A stretch of 64,000 nucleotides of DNA, taken from Candidatus Latescibacterota bacterium. Its GTDB lineage: Bacteria > Latescibacterota > UBA2968. The notes beneath the pieces were generated by a model. That model ran no database searches. It was given only the letters and a program-made list of their open reading frames with translations, and was not told the origin of the DNA. The stretch is from the NCBI GenBank assembly GCA_965208125.1, contig OZ242320.1, positions 4,224,001 to 4,288,000 of the forward strand. The letters are read 5' to 3'. Shown piece after piece: positions 1 to 9,557 of the stretch. The translations under genes and the position numbers were made by a program. Numbering within the stretch: the stretch's first letter is position 1; the number at the start of each line of letters is the position of its first letter.

Positions 1-83
1 ACATCGGGCACGACCCCACCCATCTCTTTCCCTTCGGGACCTCGCCCCCACCCATCGACAACGCGGTATTGATAAGTTGTCAT
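1..83 (-). CDS. 5' part of a probable NHL-repeat (peptidylglycine lyase-like) protein, running off the window edge
   Basis: RBS AAAGGAG, then ATG at 83; reads MTTYQYRVVDGWGRGPEGKEMGGVVPDV, resembling the Y-x-V-V-x-G-W N-terminus of NHL-repeat proteins. Not in the ORF track. Confidence 0.6.
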   Translation of the reverse strand, partial: MTTYQYRVVDGWGRGPEGKEMGGVVPD

Positions 84-109
84 TGTGTACTCCTTTCAAA
101 TATGCCCGA

Positions 110-937
110 CTACCTGTCCAGTCTAACCCAATCGGGCCAAACGCTGGCAAAAAATGCTCGCTGGATGCCTCGTACGCTCTCCCCGCCGTCAACAACGAGA
201 TTGGAGCCTACACTGAAGTTGCCGGCTTGCGAAGCGAGAAAGATGGCCATGCCTGCGATGTTTTCCTTCTCCCCAACCCGCTTGCCCGGAATGTTCTTCT
301 TCATCTCGTCTGTGTGATCCCGAGCCACCTTATTCAAATCGCTGGGAAAATCGCCAGGGGAGATGGTGTTGACTTGAATCCCTTCCCAGGCCAAACTATC
401 ACCCAGGTGCCGGCCCAAATGGATCACACCTGCTTTGCTGGCTCCGTAGGCATAATTGTAAGCTGTGTTGAGTTTACCACAGCCGTCGATAGACGCGATA
501 TTGATCACATTGCACGGTGTTTCTGGCGAAGCCCCCACGCGCAGGAATGGCAGAAACGCCTGGGTCATAAAAAAGATGCTTTTGAGATTGAGATCCATCA
601 CCGCGTCCCATGTTTCCTCCGTCACATCCTCGATCTCCCTGCGACCATCGCTGATTCCAGCATTGTTGATCAATATATCGAGCGACTGTTCTCGTTCACC
701 GTAGGCCTTTGCCAGCGCCTTGATTCCGGAGACTGAACTTACATCGGCTGCGATATACTCGCAGGAGCCGATTTTTGCCAGCTCCGCCTGTTTCTTTTTC
801 AAGACCTCTTCTCTGCGCGCGACAATGTAAACCTTCGCCCCAAAATTGACAAAGCCTTCAGCGATCATCGCTCCGATGCCAGTCGAACCACCAGTCACCA
901 GTGCGGTTTTTCCCTCCAGTGAAAATAGATCTCTCAT
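110..937 (-). CDS. Short-chain dehydrogenase/reductase (SDR)
   Basis: TGGSTGIG, NNAG and YGASK motifs; start placed at MRDLFSLEGK behind a GGAG RBS. Confidence 0.93.
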   Translation of the reverse strand: MRDLFSLEGKTALVTGGSTGIGAMIAEGFVNFGAKVYIVARREEVLKKKQAELAKIGSCEYIAADVSSVSGIKALAKAYGEREQSLDILINNAGISDGRREIEDVTEETWDAVMDLNLKSIFFMTQAFLPFLRVGASPETPCNVINIASIDGCGKLNTAYNYAYGASKAGVIHLGRHLGDSLAWEGIQVNTISPGDFPSDLNKVARDHTDEMKKNIPGKRVGEKENIAGMAIFLASQAGNFSVGSNLVVDGGESVRGIQRAFFASVWPDWVRLDR

Positions 938-984
938 TTTCGATTCTCCGTAAGTTGGGCAATCTGTGTTCATGTAAATGTCGT

Positions 985-2223
985 TTATTTTATTTGTGTA
1001 TAGTCGGAGGTGAGCGTTAAATCACCCGACTTCACATTAATAAAGCATGCGGTTGTCCCCTCGGGCTGCGTGGCGGTTACCACCCACTGATCGGCCATCC
1101 TCTCCAGCTTTGCAGGTGATTCGATCCACTTCCTTTTGCCGGTTATCCCGGTATCAGCCGTTGATATCAGAAGGACTTCATCCAATGGCCTTGACGATTC
1201 AAAAATCACTGTGAACTGTCCGCCCTCAGTTCTGGACGAAATTTGCCTGGCCCAGGGTTTGCCGTCTTTGACAACGCTGTCTGCAAAGGCATAGCTGTCT
1301 GGAGGATTCATGCCGGCCTGATGCCCGTGTTTCATGCCGGGGATCAGACATACCATGTAGGGCCCAGATACAGTGCGATAGCAGGAGGCCTGCTTGTCCA
1401 ATGGAAAGTGCTGGTCTCCCGGCCAGGAGAGCCAGAGGGTCGGAATTTTCACTTTCTTTAAGCGTAGAATAGGATCCCAGACCTTCTTGTAAAGGTCATT
1501 ATTTCCAAGCGCCCTGCCGTATTGATTGGCCGCCTGGGATAGGTTCCCGCATCCGTACGTGGGAATGGCAAAAGCAAAGCGGTCGTCGATACCGATAATA
1601 GTGCTTGCAATGATGCCGCCCCAGGAGATACCCATCAGACCGACGCTCGTACTATCTACCTGTGGCAAGGAACGAAGGAGCGAGTTCGCCAGGATTGCAT
1701 CGGCAACGGCGTGATACATCCACTGTTCTTCAATCGGTTTGTCGGAGTCACCGTAAATGCCTGTGCGAGTTGGTCCTGGCCAGGGATGTTTTTTCCATCT
1801 GTTGCGCCTATTGTCGCCGGGTTTCCTGGGCACCCGTTCATCTATCTGTCCTTCCACTGCGATACTGATTGCCGCGTATCCGCGGGCATTCCACTTTTCA
1901 ACCCACTCCTTAAAGGCGGTTCCGCCACCGCCATGGACTAATACGATCCCCGGGACCTTGTGGCTCGGCGATGCATCCTCAGGGATACCGATCCATGCAT
2001 AGACGCGGGTTGGTTTTCCCTCGTACATAAGCGCATCAAAGTAGATCGTCTTCAACTCACCAGCATCAATACTGACGATTTGCTCCTTTTCATTGCGGAC
2101 AACTGGCGCATTTGTCAGTTCAGCCAGTGCGCGTATTCTCAATTCCTCATCACGGTAATCAGCTTGCACGTTCAAAGTCCTCAGCATTGCTGTGAAAATA
2201 ACCGTCAATGTAATCATTCTCAT
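985..2223 (-). CDS. Secreted alpha/beta hydrolase (acetylxylan esterase/dienelactone hydrolase-like)
   Basis: HGGGG oxyanion motif, GISWGG nucleophile elbow, hydrophobic signal-like N-terminus; start uncertain. Confidence 0.8.
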   Translation of the reverse strand: MRMITLTVIFTAMLRTLNVQADYRDEELRIRALAELTNAPVVRNEKEQIVSIDAGELKTIYFDALMYEGKPTRVYAWIGIPEDASPSHKVPGIVLVHGGGGTAFKEWVEKWNARGYAAISIAVEGQIDERVPRKPGDNRRNRWKKHPWPGPTRTGIYGDSDKPIEEQWMYHAVADAILANSLLRSLPQVDSTSVGLMGISWGGIIASTIIGIDDRFAFAIPTYGCGNLSQAANQYGRALGNNDLYKKVWDPILRLKKVKIPTLWLSWPGDQHFPLDKQASCYRTVSGPYMVCLIPGMKHGHQAGMNPPDSYAFADSVVKDGKPWARQISSRTEGGQFTVIFESSRPLDEVLLISTADTGITGKRKWIESPAKLERMADQWVVTATQPEGTTACFINVKSGDLTLTSDYTQIK

Positions 2224-2227
2224 TTGA

Positions 2228-2938
2228 TTACACATCCCATCGCCACGTATTGCGACAGGCAAGCCGTGGATACTCATTCACGTTCTTGCTTCCCGCGTGT
2301 ACAAAAAAGTTTTGGTAAAACAGAATGTCTCCACGCTTCGCCACCACTTCCACACCTTCGCCAATATCCACCTTATGCATATCCGAATTCACGTCCCACA
2401 GATAGGGATACTTCTCTGGATTGCTCTCTGCAAGACCCCGCATCTTTTTATGTGAACCCGGCCATCCAAACGTGCAACCTCCATGCGATTCTGTATCACT
2501 CAAATACAAAATTGAATGCACACTGATTGGAATCGGAAACGTCACATTAAACTTCTCCCGGTTGGTTCCGCCATCGAAGTGAGGTTTCTGGTGGCTCCAT
2601 TCACCTTCCGTGGGAAACGTGTTCTGCGTCAGAATATCCTTCGGCGCGTGGATTTCCTCGCGATCCTCATCCGTCAATTCGGAAAGTGCGGTTAAAATAT
2701 CATCCGTATAACACGCTAAGATACCCGGCGCGCCCAATCTTCGATTTTCCGGCAATGCGCGATGCCGTTGATTAATCGCATGCGCTGACACGCGGTCCCA
2801 GGTTTCAGGATCGTCACGGTCCATTCCCAGAGCCGCCCACATCGCGTCTTCACCCTTGCGAGCTACATCCCCAGGAATCAAACCCGACGCCAGCAAATAC
2901 CCTTCTTCGCGAAACTGCTTCTTCTGCTCATTTGTCAT
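2228..2938 (-). CDS. PhyH-family Fe(II)/2OG dioxygenase
   Basis: FREEGYL N-terminus, HFD, WPGSH, RGDILF..VHAG; paralogue of 54041..54808. Confidence 0.88.
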   Translation of the reverse strand: MTNEQKKQFREEGYLLASGLIPGDVARKGEDAMWAALGMDRDDPETWDRVSAHAINQRHRALPENRRLGAPGILACYTDDILTALSELTDEDREEIHAPKDILTQNTFPTEGEWSHQKPHFDGGTNREKFNVTFPIPISVHSILYLSDTESHGGCTFGWPGSHKKMRGLAESNPEKYPYLWDVNSDMHKVDIGEGVEVVAKRGDILFYQNFFVHAGSKNVNEYPRLACRNTWRWDV

Positions 2939-2947
2939 TATTTTCTC

Positions 2948-4294
2948 CTAATTTTGTTGCGCAGGTCTGTTTCTATTTCTCCGACGTCTTCTAATCCTTG
3001 GTGCCATCTGGCTTCTCCAGGCCTTGAATTTTTTTTGTAGCCGCTGAACCATTTCCGGTTGTTGGTTTGCCAGATCGTTTTTCTCACCTATATCTGCATC
3101 CAGATCGTACAATTCCAGCTTCTTAGACCTGCTAAATGTAAGCTTCCATTTCCCTTCTCGAATCGCCCAGGTTCCCGAATCGCCATCCCAATACAACGCA
3201 TCGTGCAATGCCCCTTCTGTTTTACCTTGCAAGACTGGCAACATATTTTTGCCATCGTAGATACGGTCTTCGGGCAATGGAATGCCAACAGCTGCACAGA
3301 CAGTCGGCAAAATATCCATACAAATAACTGGTTCATCACACACACCACCTGCTTCCAAATGCCCTGGCCAGGACACGAGAAACGGCACGCGTAGCCCTCC
3401 CTCATAGACATTCTGCTTGTAACCGCGCAGGGGCATATTGTTTGCATTTGTGGCCCTTGCACCACCATTATCTGAAAAATAAAAGATGAGTGTATTTTCC
3501 CACACGCCATTGGTCTTGAGCGCTGCCACCACATCGCCAACAGCGATATCCATTCTTTTGAGCATGCCCATCAAAATATCGCGTTTGGAGTCTCCTGTAT
3601 TAAATTGTTTGATATCCTCTTCGGGAGCTTGCAATGGCGCATGCACGGCATTAAAGGGAAGATAAAGAAAGAATGGGTCGTTTTTGTTTCGTTCAATGAA
3701 GCCAACAGCCTCTCGAGCCAGATTATCGGTCAAGTACCCGGTATCATTGATGATCTCTTTATTTCGATATATCGCATTATGGGCTCTGTCTTCTTTATAA
3801 TTCAAATCAAAATAGTCGTGCCCCCCATGCCCTAAAAAGCCGTAAAATTCATCAAATCCACGGTTGTTCGGATGATATTCAGGCGTCAAACCCAAATGCC
3901 ATTTTCCAAATACCCCCGTCCTGTACCCCGCTTTTTTGAGTAGATCTGCAAGTGTAATTTCATCAACCGGCATACCGGCGCGTGAGTCACTGGCCGTATA
4001 AAAACCAAAGCGCTGTTGGTATCGACCGGTCATCAAACCCGCCCTGGTGGGCGCACATACAAAGGCACTGGCATATCCATTTGTCATTCGAATGCCCGAG
4101 TTGGCCAGTGCGTCGATATGTGGTGTATAGACTTCCGGGGGATGTGCCTGGTAACTCACATCTCCAAAGCCCTGGTCGTCTGACAAAATCACCACAATAT
4201 TTGGACGTTTGGCATCTTCGGCCCATATAAAAGGACTTGCTATCATTCCAGATACTCCTATTCCCAAAGTTTTTAAAGCGGCGCGTCGATCCAT
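2948..4294 (-). CDS. Arylsulfatase-like sulfatase with Tat signal
   Basis: MDRRAALK twin-arginine start after an AAGGAG RBS; PNIVVILSDD, CAPTR, GKWHLG. Confidence 0.93.
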   Translation of the reverse strand: MDRRAALKTLGIGVSGMIASPFIWAEDAKRPNIVVILSDDQGFGDVSYQAHPPEVYTPHIDALANSGIRMTNGYASAFVCAPTRAGLMTGRYQQRFGFYTASDSRAGMPVDEITLADLLKKAGYRTGVFGKWHLGLTPEYHPNNRGFDEFYGFLGHGGHDYFDLNYKEDRAHNAIYRNKEIINDTGYLTDNLAREAVGFIERNKNDPFFLYLPFNAVHAPLQAPEEDIKQFNTGDSKRDILMGMLKRMDIAVGDVVAALKTNGVWENTLIFYFSDNGGARATNANNMPLRGYKQNVYEGGLRVPFLVSWPGHLEAGGVCDEPVICMDILPTVCAAVGIPLPEDRIYDGKNMLPVLQGKTEGALHDALYWDGDSGTWAIREGKWKLTFSRSKKLELYDLDADIGEKNDLANQQPEMVQRLQKKFKAWRSQMAPRIRRRRRNRNRPAQQN

Positions 4295-4342
4295 ATTGTA
4301 ACGCTCCTTGCTCGTATGCGCATCTCCACCGGCCAGCCAGCC

Positions 4343-4363
4343 GGCAACACGGTATTTTTTCAT
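4343..4363 (-). pseudogene. 5' stub MKKYRVA, resembling the start of a Gfo/Idh/MocA oxidoreductase
   Basis: Purine-rich RBS and ATG 10 nt after the ThuA-like stop; 7 recognisable codons, then unrelated sequence leading to the sulfatase RBS. Confidence 0.45.
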
Positions 4364-4373
4364 AAATTCTCTC

Positions 4374-5045
4374 TTAGACTATCAGCCATGTAATTGCGTT
4401 GTCAATAAGCTTCGCAGTCATTGGATGCATAAGAATAGCCTGATCGTGCCCAGGCACCAGCACCATCACACGTCCACTTCCATACTCGTGACACCAACCT
4501 TGCACATGCCGTCCATTGGTCACAGAATAGCTCTCAAGAAATACAGATGTTTGCGATTCATCCAGGTCCATAATATACTCTTCTTCTTGAACACAATAGG
4601 GTTCAACACCATCGGTCAGTTCGGGTAATACGCCTGTCGGACGGATTTCGACATCGATCCGCTTTGGGTGGTTGTGAAAACGAGACTTTGAGACGCGCTG
4701 AATACCGCCGCCTTCGGAATAAAACGCAACGGCATCGTGGTGAAGAAATAGTCGGCCGCCATTTTGTGCATATGCCTCAATGAGCGTTTCCTCATCTTCA
4801 GAAAGCCACTTGTGTTTATGCCCTTGGTGAAGGGTAAACTGCAACTCACGAGCATTTCGTACATCGTCGAATGCATATCGGCTAATGAGCACCATATCAA
4901 AAGATGAGAGATCGTCCCAGGGCACCGCATTGTCAAATACAATTGTCGGATCATACCCTCGCACATGTAGTGGTCTCACAAGCGCAGTAACCAAATGTGC
5001 CGGGCAGTGGTAAGCGTCTCCAAGAACTGCGAGTAATTTTTTCAA
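4374..5045 (-). CDS. ThuA-like (class I glutamine amidotransferase-like) protein
   Basis: LGDAYH, GGRLFLHH, EEEY, YGSGRV..PGH; TTG start behind AAGGAG. Confidence 0.8.
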   Translation of the reverse strand: MKKLLAVLGDAYHCPAHLVTALVRPLHVRGYDPTIVFDNAVPWDDLSSFDMVLISRYAFDDVRNARELQFTLHQGHKHKWLSEDEETLIEAYAQNGGRLFLHHDAVAFYSEGGGIQRVSKSRFHNHPKRIDVEIRPTGVLPELTDGVEPYCVQEEEYIMDLDESQTSVFLESYSVTNGRHVQGWCHEYGSGRVMVLVPGHDQAILMHPMTAKLIDNAITWLIV

Positions 5046-5092
5046 AACTTGCTCCTTTTGGCGGTCAGGACGGCAACCGCATAACTAAAGCC

Positions 5093-6253
5093 CTACTCAT
5101 AGACCATCTCCCCGGTCTTGTGGTCCTCGATCCAGTCCCGGTCGAACTCCACTCCCAGCCCTGGTCCCTCCGGCACTTCGACGCAGCCGTTCTCGTCAAC
5201 CGAATCCAACTCGTCGAGCCAGCGTCTTTCTGAATAGACCGCTGGCTTGGTATTGGGCACCAGGGGATGCACCAGGCCCAATTCGTAGTAATTGGCGTTG
5301 CGCAGGGTCGCCATGATATGCCGGTGTGCCAGATTGCCGCCGTGCAACTCCACGTCCAGCCCGTGCGCCTCGGCCATAGCAGCGATCTTCATTACCCCGG
5401 TGATGCCGCCGTCGGTCTGGACGTTGGCGCGCACAAAGTCGGTGGCACCGGCAGTAATGGTATCGGCCTTGGCTTCAAGCCCACGCACGTGTTCGCCCAT
5501 CAGCATCGGCGTATTGATCAACTCGCGCAGCTTGGCGTGGGCAAAGCGCGAAAAGCCGCCGCCCCTGAACGGATCTTCGTACCACATATAGCGCGCCTCG
5601 TCACAGGCGCGACCCACCTTGAGCACGTCCTCGAATGTGGGGAAACACCCGGCCGGATCGAGCAACAGATCCATATCGTCGCCCACCGCTTCGCGAATGG
5701 CTAATACCGCTGCCACTTCGCGGTCGATCGGCCCGTTGATCCAACCGTGGATTTTAAAGGCTGGATAGCCGTATTGCTCCTTGCAGCGCAGCGCGAATTG
5801 CGCAAAGTCGTCCGGTGTCGTCAAACCGCCGTTTTCGTCGCCGTGGTAGGTCGAAGCGTAGGCCGGCAACTTCTTGCGCCAACCCCCGCCCAAAAGCTCG
5901 TAGATCGGCGCGTCGTAGAGTTTGCCGGCGAAATCCCACAGCGCGATATCTACTGCGCCCGGCGGCGTGCCGTCCTGCCCGCGACGCGAGCGCTTGAGGT
6001 CGTGCCAGATGATCTCGCGGTCCAGCGGGTTGCGGCCGAGCAGGTACTGCGCCGGGCGGGAATCGATGCCACCGGACGCAATGCCGCTGATGCCGACGCT
6101 GGTCTCGATGGTCAGCAAGCCGCCGCCCAGAGTCAGACGGCCGCCCTTGCGATAGACCGTGTCGAAGCCCAATTGCTCTTCCAACTCCATATCGGCGATT
6201 TCATAGGCGAAACTCGTCGAGGTGATGCGGGTGATCTCAATATCTCGCGCCAT
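5093..6253 (-). CDS. Mandelate racemase/muconate lactonizing enzyme family (enolase superfamily)
   Basis: VDIALWD, FKIH, LLLD/WYEDP/MGE metal ligands, GPGLGVE. Confidence 0.92.
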   Translation of the reverse strand: MARDIEITRITSTSFAYEIADMELEEQLGFDTVYRKGGRLTLGGGLLTIETSVGISGIASGGIDSRPAQYLLGRNPLDREIIWHDLKRSRRGQDGTPPGAVDIALWDFAGKLYDAPIYELLGGGWRKKLPAYASTYHGDENGGLTTPDDFAQFALRCKEQYGYPAFKIHGWINGPIDREVAAVLAIREAVGDDMDLLLDPAGCFPTFEDVLKVGRACDEARYMWYEDPFRGGGFSRFAHAKLRELINTPMLMGEHVRGLEAKADTITAGATDFVRANVQTDGGITGVMKIAAMAEAHGLDVELHGGNLAHRHIMATLRNANYYELGLVHPLVPNTKPAVYSERRWLDELDSVDENGCVEVPEGPGLGVEFDRDWIEDHKTGEMVYE

Positions 6254-6305
6254 GCTGCTCTCTCCTTCACTGTGTGTTTGATTTAAACTTTCGCTCCACG
6301 GCTAC

Positions 6306-7190
6306 TCATCTCACGATCTGAGGTGACGCATAAAGATCGGGCCTGGCTTCGTTCGCTGTGAAGCAACCGGATGACCGCGCGTTCTCTATTAAATCTCTCG
6401 AGACCTCGGTCACGATCATGCCTTCCACTGGCGCGTGTTCGTCGATGAACTGGCCGTTCGGATCGATCGCGAAGGCGAGCCCTGGAAACCAGGCGTTGCC
6501 GCTTTTTCCCGCCTGGTTGGCGTAGAAAATGTAGAGCGCATTGTCCACGGCTCTCGCTGGCAAGATCTGGGCGGCAAGCTGTCGATGTTCGGCTGCCTGT
6601 TCGGTCTGATCGCCGTCAGGGGTGACGTTGTCAGCGCGGCCGCTTGCACCCACGGCGAGGAGGAAAAAGTCCGCGCCCTCCTGTGCGGCGGTTCGGAAGA
6701 TCTCCGGAAACCTCAGGTCGTAGCAGATCCCCACGCCGAAGGTCCAGCCTTGCGATGTCACAATAGGGAGTTGGCTCCCCGGTTCGAACCAGGCCCGCTC
6801 GGTTTCATTCGGGATGTGCAGTTTGGTGAAGGTCGCGAGGTAACCGCTGGGGCCTACGATGTAGGCGCTGTTGCGATAGCGTTCGCCCGCTGGCTCGATG
6901 GTACCGACGACAAGGGTCATGTCGAGTTCGCTGCAGAGCGATTCGAGGAACGGAATTGATTTCTCGGCCGCTGCTTCTGCGATCCGCACGGACTCCTCGG
7001 GAAGAATGTCCGATTTGTTCATCGAGCCCGTGATGCACTCTTCGGGAAAGAGCGCAAACGCGGCACCTTGCCTGTGAGCCTCTCTCGACCACTTGGCAAT
7101 TCGGTCGAGGTTGGTCGTGGGGTCGCCCATCGCGCTGTGCATGGCGACCGATGCGATACGTGTTTTTGTGTTGTTCATGGGATATGCCAT
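6306..7190 (-). CDS. Carbon-nitrogen hydrolase (nitrilase superfamily)
   Basis: E-K-C triad motifs FPEE, KLH, GICYDLRFPE. Confidence 0.92.
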   Translation of the reverse strand: MAYPMNNTKTRIASVAMHSAMGDPTTNLDRIAKWSREAHRQGAAFALFPEECITGSMNKSDILPEESVRIAEAAAEKSIPFLESLCSELDMTLVVGTIEPAGERYRNSAYIVGPSGYLATFTKLHIPNETERAWFEPGSQLPIVTSQGWTFGVGICYDLRFPEIFRTAAQEGADFFLLAVGASGRADNVTPDGDQTEQAAEHRQLAAQILPARAVDNALYIFYANQAGKSGNAWFPGLAFAIDPNGQFIDEHAPVEGMIVTEVSRDLIENARSSGCFTANEARPDLYASPQIVR

Positions 7191-7227
7191 TCGACCCTCT
7201 CTCCGATGCGTGGTTATTCATGTGTAC

Positions 7228-8193
7228 TCATACAGCCGAACGAACCGAATAAACCGCTTCGAGAGAACCGACATTCGGGCGGCGGTTCTCTTCGTTCTGC
7301 CGGATGTTGCGGGCGAAGAAATCGTCGAACAGTTCCAACTCAAATTCTCTCGCAATGTCTATGGCCGAGCGCTTATCCGAATTGCTGTGGATCAAGGCGG
7401 TCCCGAGATAGCTCGGCACGTCGATCGTGACCTCATCCTGGTATTTCTTCTCGATCAGAGGAAACTTGCCGGAGTTTCCAGTGCGTTTGACCAGCACGCG
7501 GTCCAGGTTGATCGTTGCGCACATCGTGCGTGAATAGTTGGTGTTTAGTTTCACGGGCTGGCCGAGAGGATCGATCACCCCGCCTCCGTAGAACCGAAGT
7601 GCGGTCAGATAGTAGCACTGGCATTCGTACGCCCACTGCTGCTGAAGGAATCCGCCGTGATAGGCACTGGGAAATGTGAGGATGTCCGGTTTCAGGTCCC
7701 GGTAATCGAACCGAAGCTGTTCGAATTTCTGGTCGAAACAAACCACCCCTCCAAGGCGACCGATCGCGGTGTCGAAAACTTTGGGGCCGTCACCCGAGCG
7801 CAGCCCTTGTTTTCGCTCGTTATCCGTCAGGAACGTCTTGTGATAGGCACCGATCACTGAACCATCAGGGCCGATATACACAATCGAATTGAACACGTCG
7901 TCGCCTTCGCGGAGCTTGATAGATCCAGCCACGTGGCATGACTCGGCCCTGGCGAAATCCCGGTACATTGACAAAAACGGACCCGGCTGTTCCACGGTCT
8001 CGGCCGTTTCCAGGGTCTGGCCGTATCCTTCGACCAGCTCACAGGTCAACACGAGGTCCAGGTTGTATCCTTTCAATGAATTGAGGTCGTTTCGGGTCAT
8101 GCGCAGTACTTTTTCCATGCTTTCGGGTTCACCCCGCTGCAAATCGGCAAATGCACTGAACTGAATCGATCCAACTCTTACGAATCGTGCCAT
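7228..8193 (-). CDS. Carbon-nitrogen hydrolase
   Basis: LTCE, YHKT, VCFD; true start MARFVRVGSIQ after AAGGAG. The upstream part of the long ORF overlaps the next gene. Confidence 0.85.
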   Translation of the reverse strand: MARFVRVGSIQFSAFADLQRGEPESMEKVLRMTRNDLNSLKGYNLDLVLTCELVEGYGQTLETAETVEQPGPFLSMYRDFARAESCHVAGSIKLREGDDVFNSIVYIGPDGSVIGAYHKTFLTDNERKQGLRSGDGPKVFDTAIGRLGGVVCFDQKFEQLRFDYRDLKPDILTFPSAYHGGFLQQQWAYECQCYYLTALRFYGGGVIDPLGQPVKLNTNYSRTMCATINLDRVLVKRTGNSGKFPLIEKKYQDEVTIDVPSYLGTALIHSNSDKRSAIDIAREFELELFDDFFARNIRQNEENRRPNVGSLEAVYSVRSAV

Positions 8194-8208
8194 ATCTCTC
8201 TCCTTTTC

Positions 8209-8229
8209 AATCACAATGCTAATGTCCAT
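8209..8229 (-). pseudogene. 5' stub MDISIVI, typical of a GT2 glycosyltransferase start
   Basis: ATG coupled TAATG to the upstream stop; 7 codons, then the RBS of the C-N hydrolase. Confidence 0.55.
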
Positions 8230-9518
8230 TAGAGCGCGGCGTCGCCCGCCTCCGTCCGCAAGCTGTGTCGGCCCTCTATATGGGCGTGCCAGTCCATGCC
8301 GATCTCCGGTCGCAGTCGGGTCGGTCTGGGCAGCGCATTCACCTGCTCCGCCACGATCGACGGCAGGCCCACATCGCTCAGCAACTGCGCCAGATACGCC
8401 ATCCGAACCAGCGTCTCGCTCTGGTACAGGCTCATGCCATCGACCCCCGCAGCGTACTGTCGCGCTGCCAGTGCATAGGCCGGTTGCGCCGCGTAAAAAC
8501 CCGTATTCTTCTCTACCCGGTTTTGGATCAGCCCTTTGGATCCCACACCGCCAATGCACAGTTTACCGTGTCGGTGCGCCACCGCTGCGTGATAGCCGAC
8601 GTGCAGGTCCAGATCCTCGCGGGTCAAAGGAAAGGGACTCAACATCAATCCGTCGATCAGATCCTCCTCGCACCAGCGCTCGCTGTCCAGTCCATAGGCC
8701 AGCATCAGCCATCGCGCGTTGTCGGGCACCCGGGCGATGATTGGGCAGCGCCGACCCAATTTGCCCTCCTGGACGCGCACCGCCCGCCGCAGTTCGTTCA
8801 TAAATCCGGTCAGCACATCGGCCCGGTACTGGAACCACGCCCGGTACTGTTCGAAGTCGTCCGAGTCGATTTCGCGCGGATCCACCCCCGTCTCCGCCAT
8901 AAACGGCTCGACCAGCGCCGGATGGTATAGCAGCATCGGCATCTGCCGGCAGAAGTCGAGCACCAGCCCATCGACGCCGATCCTCTGGCACTCGAGCAAA
9001 ATATCGATCCGCTCGCGCCGCACTTCCGCCAGTGCGTAGCACAGCCGGCTGGCATCCTCGTTGCCCGGCTTGGTCACCTCCCTGAAGGCCGGATTGTCCA
9101 GCGCGAATTTGGACGTGACCCCTATCCAGTCCGTCCGGCCATAGTGGCGGTTCATCCCCAGACGACCCCATAGTTGCGCCCCACGATCGCGGCACAGCGC
9201 CAGCGTGTGCCGCAACGGACACACCTCGTCCATCACCTTGCGAACGAAGCTCCAGGATATGCCGCCGACCTGGTCGCCATTTTCGCACATCCGCGTGATA
9301 TGGGGCAATTCGGACCAGTAGTCCACCACCGAACGCCCCAGATTCCAAACCAGATGGTCGCAGCCCGTTTGCAGGTGCAGATCGACGCACTCGTCCAGTG
9401 CTTTGGGTCCCGGGCACGGCTTGTCGTAGTTGGCGTAATAGCACATCCACTCCGAGATGCCGAACACCGGTTTTTCGTTGCTGCTTGCCTCGCGCAATTC
9501 GAGTTGCTCTTGCGCCAT
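8229..9518 (-). CDS. GHL10/DUF187-like TIM-barrel glycoside hydrolase-like protein
   Basis: RLGMNRHY, EVRRERIDIL, GVDGLVLDFCR, YAAGVDGMSLY pattern; AGGAGG RBS. Confidence 0.65.
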   Translation of the reverse strand: MAQEQLELREASSNEKPVFGISEWMCYYANYDKPCPGPKALDECVDLHLQTGCDHLVWNLGRSVVDYWSELPHITRMCENGDQVGGISWSFVRKVMDEVCPLRHTLALCRDRGAQLWGRLGMNRHYGRTDWIGVTSKFALDNPAFREVTKPGNEDASRLCYALAEVRRERIDILLECQRIGVDGLVLDFCRQMPMLLYHPALVEPFMAETGVDPREIDSDDFEQYRAWFQYRADVLTGFMNELRRAVRVQEGKLGRRCPIIARVPDNARWLMLAYGLDSERWCEEDLIDGLMLSPFPLTREDLDLHVGYHAAVAHRHGKLCIGGVGSKGLIQNRVEKNTGFYAAQPAYALAARQYAAGVDGMSLYQSETLVRMAYLAQLLSDVGLPSIVAEQVNALPRPTRLRPEIGMDWHAHIEGRHSLRTEAGDAAL

Positions 9519-9557
9519 CTAAGGTGCCCTCCTGATCGGGTGTATTTATCGAAAGCA

